Of a stretch of 64,000 nt of DNA, positions 13,560 to 25,205 are shown in pieces; position 1 is the stretch's first letter; the number at the start of each line of letters is the position of its first letter. A model generated the notes under the pieces. It was given only the letters and a program-made list of their open reading frames with translations, did no database searches and had not been told where the DNA came from. The DNA is from the human T2T-CHM13v2.0 reference genome, Homo sapiens, in NCBI RefSeq assembly GCF_009914755.1, contig NC_060933.1; one strand, given 5' to 3'. Both the position numbers and the translations under genes were made by a program.

Positions 13560-15763
13560 GAATCCAATATAACAGCAAAGTCATTAGATCTCTCATCTGA
13601 GTGTGAGTGTCCTAATTGTTTGGAGGGTCCTCCGAATGAGTCTGATTGGAACACCTGTTCCAACGAGAGTGGTAATGGCTCTTGACATTCAAGATCAAGG
13701 AAGAAATCCATGCTTTCTTCTAGCATGCAGTGCTTTCCTTCTCAGTGTTGTCCCACCAAGCCAGAGAGTGGTAACAAAGAAGACTCAGCAGTTCCTCCCT
13801 CAGATGAGGAAAGCTATGTGGGGTCTTCTCAAAACAATCATCTAATTTTGAGCCTTGAGGATATGAAAAGGAAAATCAAGCCATTGAGAGAGTGGACTAT
13901 CCATGAGTTACTGAGGGAGTTTGGGGATAATGGGAAGTTCCAACCAAACTCCATGTCTCTGAGCTACTTTAGAGATCCAGTGGTTATGAATTTCAGAAGA
14001 GCTCTGTATTATTCTGGAATTTGGGTGACGCATATTCGAGGCTACAAACCTCAAAAGCACTTTACAGCTAATTATTTTAAAAGAAACCCAGGTTGCCTAC
14101 ACCGGCTGGTTCCCTGGCTGGAAGGGGAACTAACAGCTGTTTATGGAGATTATGGCTACACAGTGAAGAACATCCTAATCACCATCCTCCATCACATGAC
14201 AGAATATGACTTGGACAGTGAGTCCTTCATTCACCTCCTGGAACCTTATCTCTTACAACACACCCACCATTTCCTACATGAGTTTATTAGTTTTGTTCAT
14301 TCACCTTACAACATGGAGACCTATGACCAGCGAGCCATCTATCAGTGCTCTGCTGCTTCACCATGTGTAAACAAGAAGCCCCTTGTATCAGCTCCTGTTT
14401 CACCTCTGCCTAAGGATCACAGTCTACTGATATCTCAACATAATACAAAGCAGTCTAAAAATACCCAGGGTCAATGGAATAAAGAGGAGAGGCCCCTGTT
14501 AGGCTTGAAACAGTTTCCAAATGGTAACTCTTCCTTGAAGAAATCTGAAATCCCACCAGTCTGTGATAAAACAGTAAGCAAAATCTATGGTGGAATCAAA
14601 GACAAAGCAGAATCGGGTGACCACAAAAGCATCATTTCTATGAATAATATACTCCAGAAGTGGGCTACTCCAAGGGAAAGGTGCCCAGGCCTACTGAATT
14701 GCAAAAAAAAGTTCAAGAGAAAAAGACAGAAGGGATAAAGTTGTTTCCTGATCATGTCCATGATCTGGGAAAGAGTGACACAACTGCACACACCTTCAGT
14801 ACCCCAGCAATTTCTAATCAGGTGCAACCATAGAAATATAGTTTAAGAGAAAGAAAGGATTTGAGCCTTGGCCAGAAGATAAACTTTCAGAAAAAAGAGG
14901 AAGACAATAACAAATACTCAGATTCTTCACCAAAGACCTTTCAAAGATTGTCCAGAGAAAGATCCTTGAAAAGATGCAAATCCAGAGAGAGAGACCCCTC
15001 TTGGAGTTGCATTTCAGAAAATGCCTTTTCTCCTAAGAGAGATGGCAGGAAACTGAGTTCTTTCAGAAAAAAGAGGATGAAGTGTAGACAACCCTCCCAA
15101 TTTGTAGAAATTGGGTCACACTCCAGGAGAAGAATCCAAAGACGATCAAGGTCCAATACTCACAGATCCAAATCCTGGTGTGTTGGATCTAGAAAGAGAT
15201 CTGTAAGCAGAGAATTGAGTAATCTCTCTCTGAGAGGAAGTCACAGAAGTGAACACTTCACCCAGAATATATGCTGTGAGCCCTCAAAAGACAAGCATGC
15301 CCATGGCAATGAATCAGACTGTGGGAGGCCATCTTCAACCACAGTCCAATACGTGAAGCTTTCTTCAACTGCTGGGAAGAGACCCAAGTGTGCTTCTAAA
15401 AGTGAAGGTACTTCCCAAGCAGGAAGACGCTGTAACAGTCCCACATGCCTACAGCTCCAGAAACACAGATCCCCAAGTAAACAGGAGATAAAGCAAGAAA
15501 CTACATTTCCTAGAGCTAGAAGAACCAGAGCAGTTAGGCACAGAAAAACCAAATGCCATTATTCAGATATACACACCACAGAGGATGTCAGTGATGAATT
15601 GGGCAATCTGGATGATATAAGACAAATGAGTGGTCTGAGTGTGCACCCTCCTGCAGGAGGCAAATTCACGAAAAACAGCATTGGAATCTTCAGAATATTT
15701 ACTGGGTCAAGAAAGAATACAAAAGAGACATACTATCAGAAACATTGGTGCAAATTGTTTTAA
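13560..15763 (+). pseudogene. TOPORSLP: TOPORS-like paralog, disrupted (decayed RING remnant, conserved central domain, R/S-rich tail)
   Basis: ORF 13710-14738 contains NFRRALY...FKRNPGCLHRLVPWLEGELT...EYDLDSESF...LEPYLLQHTHHFLHEFISFVHSPYNMETYDQRAIY, collinear with TOPORS NFRRTLY...FFRRNPACLHRLVPWLKRELT...HFIHEFISFARSPFNMAAFDQHANY. ORF 14861-15763 is R/S/K-rich. Lesions: TGA 13683-13685, frameshift at A8 14703-14710, TAG 14831-14833. The symbol is assigned from recollection of the human TOPORS-like pseudogene. Confidence 0.85.
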
Positions 15764-16078
15764 AAGTCAAATCAGTCTACTAAACTAACCACCAAGCTAG
15801 TTATTCATACATTCAAAGAGTATGAATATAATCTAAAAACATTACTGAAAAGATTTATCACATCGCTTTATAACTGAAAGTAAAAGCCTGGTTATTAAAT
15901 TCAAAGTTGACTTTGGAGACAAATGCAAATCATTATATTGGTCATATATGTAAATATTTCTCCCTACTTTTTTTCTTATGAAATCAATTATTAAAATATT
16001 TGACTTATTTTCTGTTCCTAGATTTAACTGTAAAGATCGACTGCTCAAAGTTCCAAACACCCTGAAGATTATACTAAC

Positions 16079-16084
16079 AATAAA
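16079..16084 (+). terminator. Candidate polyadenylation signal AATAAA of the TOPORS-like transcript
   Basis: First AATAAA about 315 bp after stop 15763, just before the THE1 LTR; an ATTAAA variant lies at 15894-15899. Confidence 0.35.
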
Positions 16085-16137
16085 AGCATAAGTTTCCTAA
16101 CACAAGTTATTCATATGTTACTAAACACATGTCTTAT

Positions 16138-16516
16138 TGTATTAGTTTGTTCTCACACTGCTATAAAGAACTGCCTGAGACTGGATAATTTATCAAGGAA
16201 AGAGGTTTAATTGACTCACAATTCAGCATGCCTGAGGAGGCCTCAGGAAGATTACAATCATGGTGGAAGGGGAAGCAAACACATCCTTCTTCACATGGCA
16301 GCAGGAGAGAAAAGTGCAGAGCAAAGGTGGGGAATGCCCCTTATAAAACCACCAGATCTCATGAGAATTCACTCACTATCATGAGAACAGCATGGGGGCA
16401 CTGCCCCCATGATCTATTCACCTCCCACAAGGTCCCTCCCCCAACATGTGGGAACTACAATTTGGATTACAATTCAAGATAAAATTTGGATGGGGACACA
16501 GAGCCAGACCATATCA
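16138..16516 (-). mobile_element. THE1 (THE1D-like) MaLR solo LTR
   Basis: tgtattagtttgttctcacactgctataaagaa...ggaagcaaacacatccttcttcacatggcagcagg...accatatca; near-TSD cttat/gttat. Confidence 0.9.
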
Positions 16517-16984
16517 GTTATTTAAAAAATATTAATATCTACTGAGGTCTATTAAGTTTTAGACCTAATGCATTTTTAGTCCCTAGAAAATAAAGGCAGG
16601 GTCACTGTCTTAAGGTATAGGCATTGCCTTAAAGTATTTCACAGCCTAGTTAGCAAAGCAGATGTAAATAAATGGTAAAAATGAGCATTTATGGAATTTT
16701 TGGCACACCTTTTACGATCACCCTCTCTTAAAAACTACACCTCCACATGCCCTGACATCCAGATGCCTTTATTAGATGCCATTTTTTTTTCTTTTAGATA
16801 ACTCTGATTCTCCATCTATAGTACCATGGCTCAATGATGGTGGCTACTTAAGCCAAACTAATCAGTATTTTGCCCCTCTGGCCACACAATATAGTATTTC
16901 CCTGGTATTTCTCAAACTGGTCCTGAGCAAAAGGGTCATTCTTTTTCCCTGTTAGCACATGGTGAGAAATTTAAAGTTTAGATA

Positions 16985-17058
16985 TTAAGTTGGTGCAAAA
17001 GTAACTGCAGTTTTTGCCATTAAAAGTAACAACAAAAATTACTTTTGCATCAACCTAG
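16985..17058. mobile_element. MADE1 mariner MITE (palindromic)
   Basis: TA-flanked ttaagttggtgcaaaagtaactgcagtttttgccatt...aattacttttgcatcaacctag. Confidence 0.9.
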
Positions 17059-19528
17059 TACTATCAAGAGCTGTATTTCTCAATATGAGAAAGTCAGTTT
17101 GAGGTAAGACAGGAGAAAGCTAACAGAGTAAAGTGAGACAAGTCAGGTAAAGAGAGTCTTGGAAGTAGGACGTGGATCTTCTAGAACCCGAGCTGTCATT
17201 CTATCTTTTATGTGGTTGTATTATTTTAAACCTCCTTAAGTATTGTGTCAGTACATTTCCTGTATGCCTCCTTTATTAAATCAGGATTTTATTCACTTTC
17301 AATCAAGCAAGGCACTGGGAATTGGCACAATGGAAGTCTGTTAGAGAATGAAGAGGGAGTAATAATTGTCTTGGGGAAGTTTCTGAAGACTTTTCGGAAG
17401 TCATATATGGGTATGGTCCTAAAGGGTGAGTAGGAGTTTACCAGATGAATTTAGTGGCAAGGGCTATCAAGAAAAAGGAGAGACTTGAAGAAAAGGAAGA
17501 AAAATGAAATTTTCTAGAACTGCACTTCTAGTGTAGCTGGAAAATGCTGAGAGATACGCTGAGAAGGGAAGTTGATGCCAAGTTTTAAACAGGCATAAAA
17601 CCAGCTGAGTCTACAGCAGTCACAAAGCACCTAAAGTTAGCACAGGACTCAAAATTCAAATTTTTTATATTTAAACAGTATTTTATTTACTTTCTTAACT
17701 TTTGGAAAAGAATAAAGACATGTTTTCTAAAGAAATCTTAGACAACCCATGTAACAGAAATATATGTGTTCCAGTAAACTTAGTTGTAAACATTGCCATA
17801 TTTCCTTTTTTTGGTATGTAACCTCTTACCAAATTAGGTGAGTTTTCTACTATCAACCATTAGCTAAACCCTTCACGGTAGAAATTCATGGAAATATATG
17901 CAAAGCCCTGAAATTAGAAAAAACAGGAAATCAATTATAGTAGTTCAGAACACCACAATTTAGCAGCAGTTTATAAAAAAGAAAGTAAAACTGTTATTGT
18001 AGTCAAAAGTATACTTATGAGCCAATAATGCTAGGCTGCATTCAAAGACGTAGAGAATTTCCCTTGGCAGAGAAAAGCAAAGTAGACATATCAAAGTCTT
18101 CAAATACACAAATGATTGTTCTCTAGGAAAGTGTATATTTCTAAATAATTTGGAGAGCAAATCTGGCTTCTTTTAAGGGTAAAGTTTCAGGAAGGTGATT
18201 CTGCTTAATCAAAGAAAGCCTTTCCTATTAGACTAGTCATATGATTCCTTTAAGAGTGGGAAAGAGGCCAATAGAGAAAAGGAATTCTCATCCCTAGAAG
18301 TGTTCATACTTGGCTGGATTCCAAAAATGTGAAAAATTTGACTGGATATTTTCTAAATTCCAGTCTATCTCAAAGATGTCAAGACTCATTAAAGAGTCAA
18401 ATAAATTTTCTAATGAATCAAAAATGTCATAACCTTAAATATGGAAACAGCATTTCATGGATGGGAATTTATATTTAATGATAACACAGTAACAATAACA
18501 AATATTGAAAGTTTACTATTCGTGATATACACACACACATAAATTCTATGAGGCAGTACTTTAATCCACATTTTATCAGTGAGGAAAGCTAGTAAATGTT
18601 GTGGTTTGAACTCAAACCTACATGGCCCCAACTTGAGTAAATGATCTTAAACCACAACCTGGTACTACCTACTTTTTAGCTGTTGTTGCCATTTGTATTT
18701 ATCTATCTTTCACATCCTCTGGTGAACACATTCACAAACACTATGTCATTTTACTATTACAAAAAGTGAGTAAGGTTGGTTCAATTACGCTTATCTTTTC
18801 AACAAGGAAAATGCGTTTCAAAGAGATTATATCATAACAAGCAACAGAGCTGAGAGTAAAACTGTAGTTCTAACTGCCCATGCTTTGCGTTTTTATAGCT
18901 TATTCTGGTTGACCGAGTTTTTCAAATCTAACTCAGAAATACTTACAACCTTTAAACACCTAGTCCTCTCTGCTACTGAGAGCACTTTTTCATTCAAAAT
19001 CCAGAATACTAACATAATCGTACAGGATGAGGTGCCAAAGGGTCACTTCTATTAATTTATAACAATAAAAACCAATTCCTCTTTCCCAAGTTCACCCTGA
19101 ATTGTCCTTTTGATGCCAATGGGTTCATCTCAGCCAGCTGGGAGTAGGCAGGTGACTGATTTTCAATACACATGGCTCAGTTCACACAATATCTTCTATG
19201 GCATGTGAGTCAGCTGAAACCTTGGAGGTCCAGGGCCAGTTTTTATCTCTGGCCTTGACTCCCTAGTGCTCTTTGGAGTGATACTCCTTGAGGTATATTT
19301 TATCTGTCTAATAAAAAGCAGGTAAAGAGAAATGAGATGTCTGAAGATACTTTAAAGTCATTGTCAGGAGTTAATATAAAAATGAATGAATTATTAATAC
19401 TTATAGCTTTCCATTTTGCATCTTTTAACTAATGAGAATTTATCAATCCCCACAGATACATCTTAGAGAAGGCTTTCCACCTGTGCACAGTGGAACACTT
19501 ACAGTATCCTCCTAACTTCTTTTCCTGA

Positions 19529-19880
<352 letters not shown>

Positions 19881-21267
19881 CTGTCATTGTAGTATTACAC
19901 ATTTATTTATGTAATTTGCCTGCCTAAAATTCTTCATTGGTTCCCTGTTGCACAGAGAATCCTTTAGCTTCAATCCATTCCTCCATCCATTTGTCCTGGT
20001 AGACAAACACACAAACACAGACATACATACATATATTTCATGCACAGGAACACACCATTATCTGCACACATCATCTCTTATCAATAAAATAGATTATAAC
20101 TTCCTTGTCTTAGACAAAATGCATCTCCATCACAACACTTACTCCAGTGTCCTCCATGTTGTTGTTCAATAAACAAATTTTCTCTAATTGGTTTGGTATT
20201 GTTGAACTGTATGATATTGGATAAGCTAACTTCTCTGCAATTCAGTTCTCACCTCAGTTAAATGTAATTTGTTCAGTCCCTTTTTGAACCACTGATCTGA
20301 TGTTCTGTAAAACAATGCTACTGCCTTGCATCTGAGCCTTCCTCACCATTCTCCATGCCAGTGGCTTTCACTGGGCTCATCTTTCATACTCATCTGGACT
20401 TTTTTGTCACATTATTGAGGTCTATAGTGGATTTTAAGTGATTTACTGGCCTGTAATACAATTTGGACTTAGAAACACTCTGCTAGAGGATCTCTAGATT
20501 TCTTTCCATTTTCAATATGCTATAAATGTTCGATTTTTGATTTAATTGTTAGTCACATCAAAGTGACTATTGAGCTACTGGAAGTATTTTACAACTAAGG
20601 ACTGATAAGAAATTTTGTCACATTATTAAGTGCTCCAATGTAAAATTTTAGAACGTTATATAGAAATGCTGTCACGTGCAGTTTTGTCTCATTGGCATAT
20701 GGTTTATTAAAGTAAACTAGAAAGTATCTGAACACAGCTTCAACAGTTTCAGTAATGTTCAAAGTATAAAGCTGCATAGTGGGTTGACAGGTATATTTTT
20801 ATAAGAGGCTTCATAACAAACAAATATGTTATACATATTATTTTGTACATTAAATATTACATAAAATCATATTTTGAGATATGAGGATTATGCATATATA
20901 CTTATTGTTTATATATACTTATAATTCAGAAGAATAGGTGCATAAATGCAAGGCAGTGATCAACCACTACCCTGATTAACCCTTCAATACTTTCCCAGTC
21001 TCTACTGTAGCAGATTCTTTGCTTTTTTTCTTTTTAATTTAAAATTCAACAATACCAGTATCAAGTCAGTTTCTGAATCAGGTCAGGCCATTGCCCATTT
21101 TCATGCTAACTTCTTAGCTTGCAAAGACTTTGTTCTTCTGTTGTTTAGAGAAACTTTCTAGAATCCATTTAAGGGACACAATCTTTTTGAAGTTTTACTT
21201 TATATTTTCCCAACTGTCAAGCTCTTAGAAGTTTCTTTGTATCACTTTCTTTGTACCCTCAAACTTC

Positions 21268-21572
21268 ATTTTCTTTCTTTCTTTTTTAATTGAGACAGGG
21301 TCTCATTCTGTCATCCAGGCTGGAGTGCAGTGATGTGAGTACGGCTCTCTGCAGCCTCGACCTCCTGGACTCAAGTGATTCTCCTGTCTCAGCCTCCAAA
21401 GTAGCTGGAACTACAGGAATGTGCCACCACACCTGGCTAATTTTTGTGCTTTTTGTAAAGATGGGACTTTGCCATGTTGCCAGACTGGTCTTGAACTCCT
21501 GGCCTCAAACAATTTGCCTGCCTTGGCTTCCCAAAGTGTTAGGATTTCAGACATGAGCCACCATGCCCAGCC
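21268..21572 (-). mobile_element. AluJ
   Basis: Diverged Alu with gcagcctcgacctcctgg; TSD tgtaccctcaaacttc / tgtgccctcgaacttc. Confidence 0.9.
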
Positions 21573-22502
21573 TGTGCCCTCGAACTTCTACTGTAAAACC
21601 AAAAATACTTATTTTGCCATTTTTATCTTACATGTCTGAGTTCACTCTCCCCATATCCCTCCCTTAAGAATGAGAACTTCTTCAAGAAAAGGACCAGCCT
21701 AGCACATAGTAAGTGCTTAGTTAATGCTGACTGGAAAAATGGATGATGAAAGATACAGAACAAAATTTGCATATGAATTGAATAGGATCAGTGGTTGTAG
21801 GAGGCATCATGAGGAAATAGTGACGCAAGAAGGACCCTTGCCATGAAATCCAACATGATTCATTTCAATCACTCTTCTGTGTTAGAACCTAAAAGTCAAT
21901 CAACTGTGCCCAGACAAAGTAAAGCCCAAGGAGATTCTAAAGGATGCCCTTAGATAGATAATCACTTACAGGTTAACATGAAAGTCTTTGTGTACTATAT
22001 CAAAAGATTCTTGCTACTTGATAAAAATTCAGAATCATGGGCCCCAACGCAAACCAGAAATTGAATTTTAATATTATCCCCTGGAGATTTATATGCAGAA
22101 TATTTTGAGAAGCACTTCCTTAAAGTAACAGTTTTAGGACTGAATGCCAGCCATAAACTATTATTCTACCAAAATTTTTAAATACAAGTTTGTTATCATG
22201 TAGTAGCCGACAATGGTGACTATAATAAATAAGATTTCAGGTCAAACAAAAATTTGAGGTTGACAGTAGTGTAAATAGAATCTAATTAATAAATTTAAAT
22301 AGTTATTCCTTATTTATTACTACTTGAATGAGTTTCCTTTTAGAAAAAATATACATATACCATATAACTTTTACATTATATGTGTTAAAAACAGATGGAC
22401 TATTCCATACATGAAACACACATGAATGCATATACCAAGGCAGAAATGCATTGGTAGAGTATGTTTATGAAGTCCATTAAGATTTTGTAAAGCATTTAGA
22501 GA

Positions 22503-22740
22503 AGCAGAATGGCATAGTGGCTAAAAGCACAGACTCCAGGGATAGACTGCCTGGAGTTAAATCCTTACTTTGTGCTTATTAACTATATGACCTTGGTCAA
22601 GTTTTAGAACCTCCATTGCTCAATTTCCTCATCTATAGAATGGAGATAACAATAGTGTCTGACCCAAAGGGTGGTTATGAGGGTTCAATAAAGTGTAAAA
22701 TTCTTTAAAAATTCTTAAAACACTGCCTGGCACATAGTGG
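22503..22740 (+). mobile_element. MIR SINE
   Basis: gcatagtggctaaaagcacagactc...tgaccttggtcaagtt...tttcctcatctatagaatggagataa...cctggcacatagt. Confidence 0.8.
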
Positions 22741-22771
<31 letters not shown>

Positions 22772-22860
22772 GTATGTGTGTGTATATATATATATGTGTA
22801 TATATATATGTATGTGTGTATATATATACACACACACATACATACATACATTTATATGTA
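22741..22860. repeat. Compound (TA)n/(TATG)n/(TG)n/(CA)n microsatellite
   Basis: Seen directly. Confidence 0.95.
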
Positions 22861-22999
22861 GGGGAGAGGAGACAGAACAAGAAAGAGTATAAGCAAGCTA
22901 TTATTACTATTGTCATTATTAAAGGTTTACCATATGAGAAAACACAGGTTGGTCTGAACACAAGAATTAACCCACCACAAATTAAGTGTATTAATTGAG

Positions 23000-23556
23000 T
23001 GTATTAATCAGAATTCTCCAGATAAGAAAAACCAGTAGGATATACATGGATATATAAGAGGAATTTATTATGGGAATTAGCTCATATAATTTTGAAGGCT
23101 GACAAGTCCCACATTATGCCATTTACAAGTGGGAAACCCAGGAAAGTCAGTGGTGTAATTCAGTGAAACTTCAAAGGCCTGACAACCAGAGGAGATGATG
23201 GTATAACTCCCTGTCCCAAACCAAAAGCCTGAGAATCGGGGAGTGGGTGCTGGTGCAAGTCTGAGTCCAAAGGCCAAAGAACCAGGACATCCCATGGCCA
23301 AGGGCAAGGGATGATGGACGTCCCAGGCCAAGAAGGGAAGAGAATTTTCCCTTTCTCTGCCTTTTTGTTGTGTTCCAGCCTCAACAGATTGGATGATGCC
23401 TGCTCACATTGGTGAGGTAGATCTTCTTTACTCAGTCTATCAAGTCAAATGTTAGTCTCTTCTTTTGGAAACACTGCCCCTGCCAGACATAGCCAGAAAT
23501 GAGCCACCTGGGTACCCCTTAGACCATTCAAGGTGACACTAAAATTTACCATCACA
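23000..23556 (-). mobile_element. MLT2 (MLT2D-like) ERVL LTR
   Basis: tgtattaatcagaattctccaga...gattggatgatgcctgctcacattggtgagg...aaatttaccatcaca. Confidence 0.85.
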
Positions 23557-23876
23557 AAGAGGCAGAGAAAAGAGGAGGGCAAATGTGAAACTGTGAAGTA
23601 ATGAGCATGATTGGAGCTCAGAGCATGAACAATCAGGAAATACAAGACATTCAGGAGAGTTAGGCTACCTTCAAGAACACAGATGCAGGGAAGAGGAAGA
23701 AACCAGCAACTATGAGCCTATACAATGTGCCAGTAACAGTGACATCAGCCTTTAAATATATTCGATGGTTTACTCTTCAACTCACTGATGAGATCTGTAT
23801 TGTTTACTTCATATCACAAATGTGAAAACTCAGGTGCACAGAAGCTAAATGAAATATTAGAAAACAAAAAACAATG

Positions 23877-24172
23877 GGCTGGGCACAGTGGCTCACACCT
23901 GTAATTCTAGGACTTTGGGAGGCCAATGTAGGTGGATCACTTGAGCCCAAGAGTTCAAGACTAGCCTGGGCAACATGGAGAAACCCCATCTCTACAAAAA
24001 CTTCAAAAATAAGCTGGGTGTGGCTGCACACGCCTGTAAGTCCCAGCTACTATCGAGGCTGAGGTGGGAGGAGGATTGAACTTGGGAAGTCAAGCCTGCA
24101 GTGAGCCATGAGCATGCCACTGCACTCCAGCCTGGGTGACAGAGCAAGATCTTGACTCTCAACCCCCAAAAA
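23877..24172 (+). mobile_element. AluJ inserted in a MIR
   Basis: ggatcacttgagcccaagagttcaagactagcctgggcaacat is AluJ-diagnostic. Confidence 0.9.
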
Positions 24173-24983
24173 TGAAAGGTGACAGAGCTTGACTTAAACA
24201 CAGGACTGGTTAGATTTTACAATCCTATACCTCATACTTATCTAAGTAAATCCTTTTTTTTTTTTTTTTTTTTAGTTAGCCAATGGGTAATAGGTTAACC
24301 CTTTCCAACATGACTAACCTCTTTAATGAAATGAAGGTGATGAAGATGAGGAGGAAGATCATTGTGATAACGGTGAGCAACACTGGTGTAGTGCTTACTG
24401 TGTGCCCATCACTATTCTGAACATATTGCTTGTGTTACATTTTTTAATCCTACCAAAACTCTATGAGGTGGGTATATTATTATTATCATAATTCCTATTT
24501 TATAGATAAAAATATCAAGGCACAGAGAACGTAAGAAATGTACCCTAGGTAACATGGGTAATAATGGAGGAAGAAAGGAAGAGGAAGAAAACAGCAATTA
24601 ATGAACATAGACAATGTGCCAGGAACAGTGACATCAACCCTTAAATATATTAGCTGGTTTAATCTCCTGGACTCTGACCCCAAGTATAGAGCCAGTTCCC
24701 TGTTCTTTACCATCACACTGTACTGGTTCCTTGTAAAACAGCAAGAACAACAAAATGTTGGTGGAGAGGCAATGAATTCATGTTTTTGAGGATCTATTGT
24801 GTATTAGAGCACAAGCCCCCATATTTAATTCTAATCACTAAAATGTGAAGTGAGAAGAAGTTTTGATGTGAGACTTTAGACAGTTGGGAAACAAAATGGG
24901 CTACATAAATGGGAGAAGTGGAAGACCCTGAAAATATCCATGTTTCAGTTGAATTTGAATTAACAAAAAATGAAACTCTTAAC

Positions 24984-25205
24984 CAGGAATCAGCAAAAAG
25001 TTTATGTAAGGGGCTAGATAATAAATATTTTAAGCTTTGGGAAAATATACTCTCTGTCACAACTTTCCACCTCTGCTGTTGTAGCATGAAAATGGCCAGA
25101 GATGATACATAAGTGAAAGGGTTTGGCTGAATACTAATAAAACTTTATTTACACAACAGCTAGTGGGCCAGATTTGGCCCAAAGCCCATAGTTCTCAGAC
25201 CCTTG
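24984..25205 (-). mobile_element. MER58A-like MITE
   Basis: caggaatcagcaaa...ctctgctgttgtagcatgaaa...aataaaactttatttac...gggccagatttggccc...cccttg. Confidence 0.8.

Noticed and set aside
13382-15552. Antisense and alternative-frame ORFs over the TOPORS-like locus
   Set aside because: Shadows of the coding-derived + strand frame with no independent homology.
15630-15783. Possible fourth frameshift near the TOPORS-like C-terminus (alternative frame CAPSCRRQIHEKQHWN...)
   Set aside because: Cannot be decided without an ortholog alignment; this region is not conserved with TOPORS.
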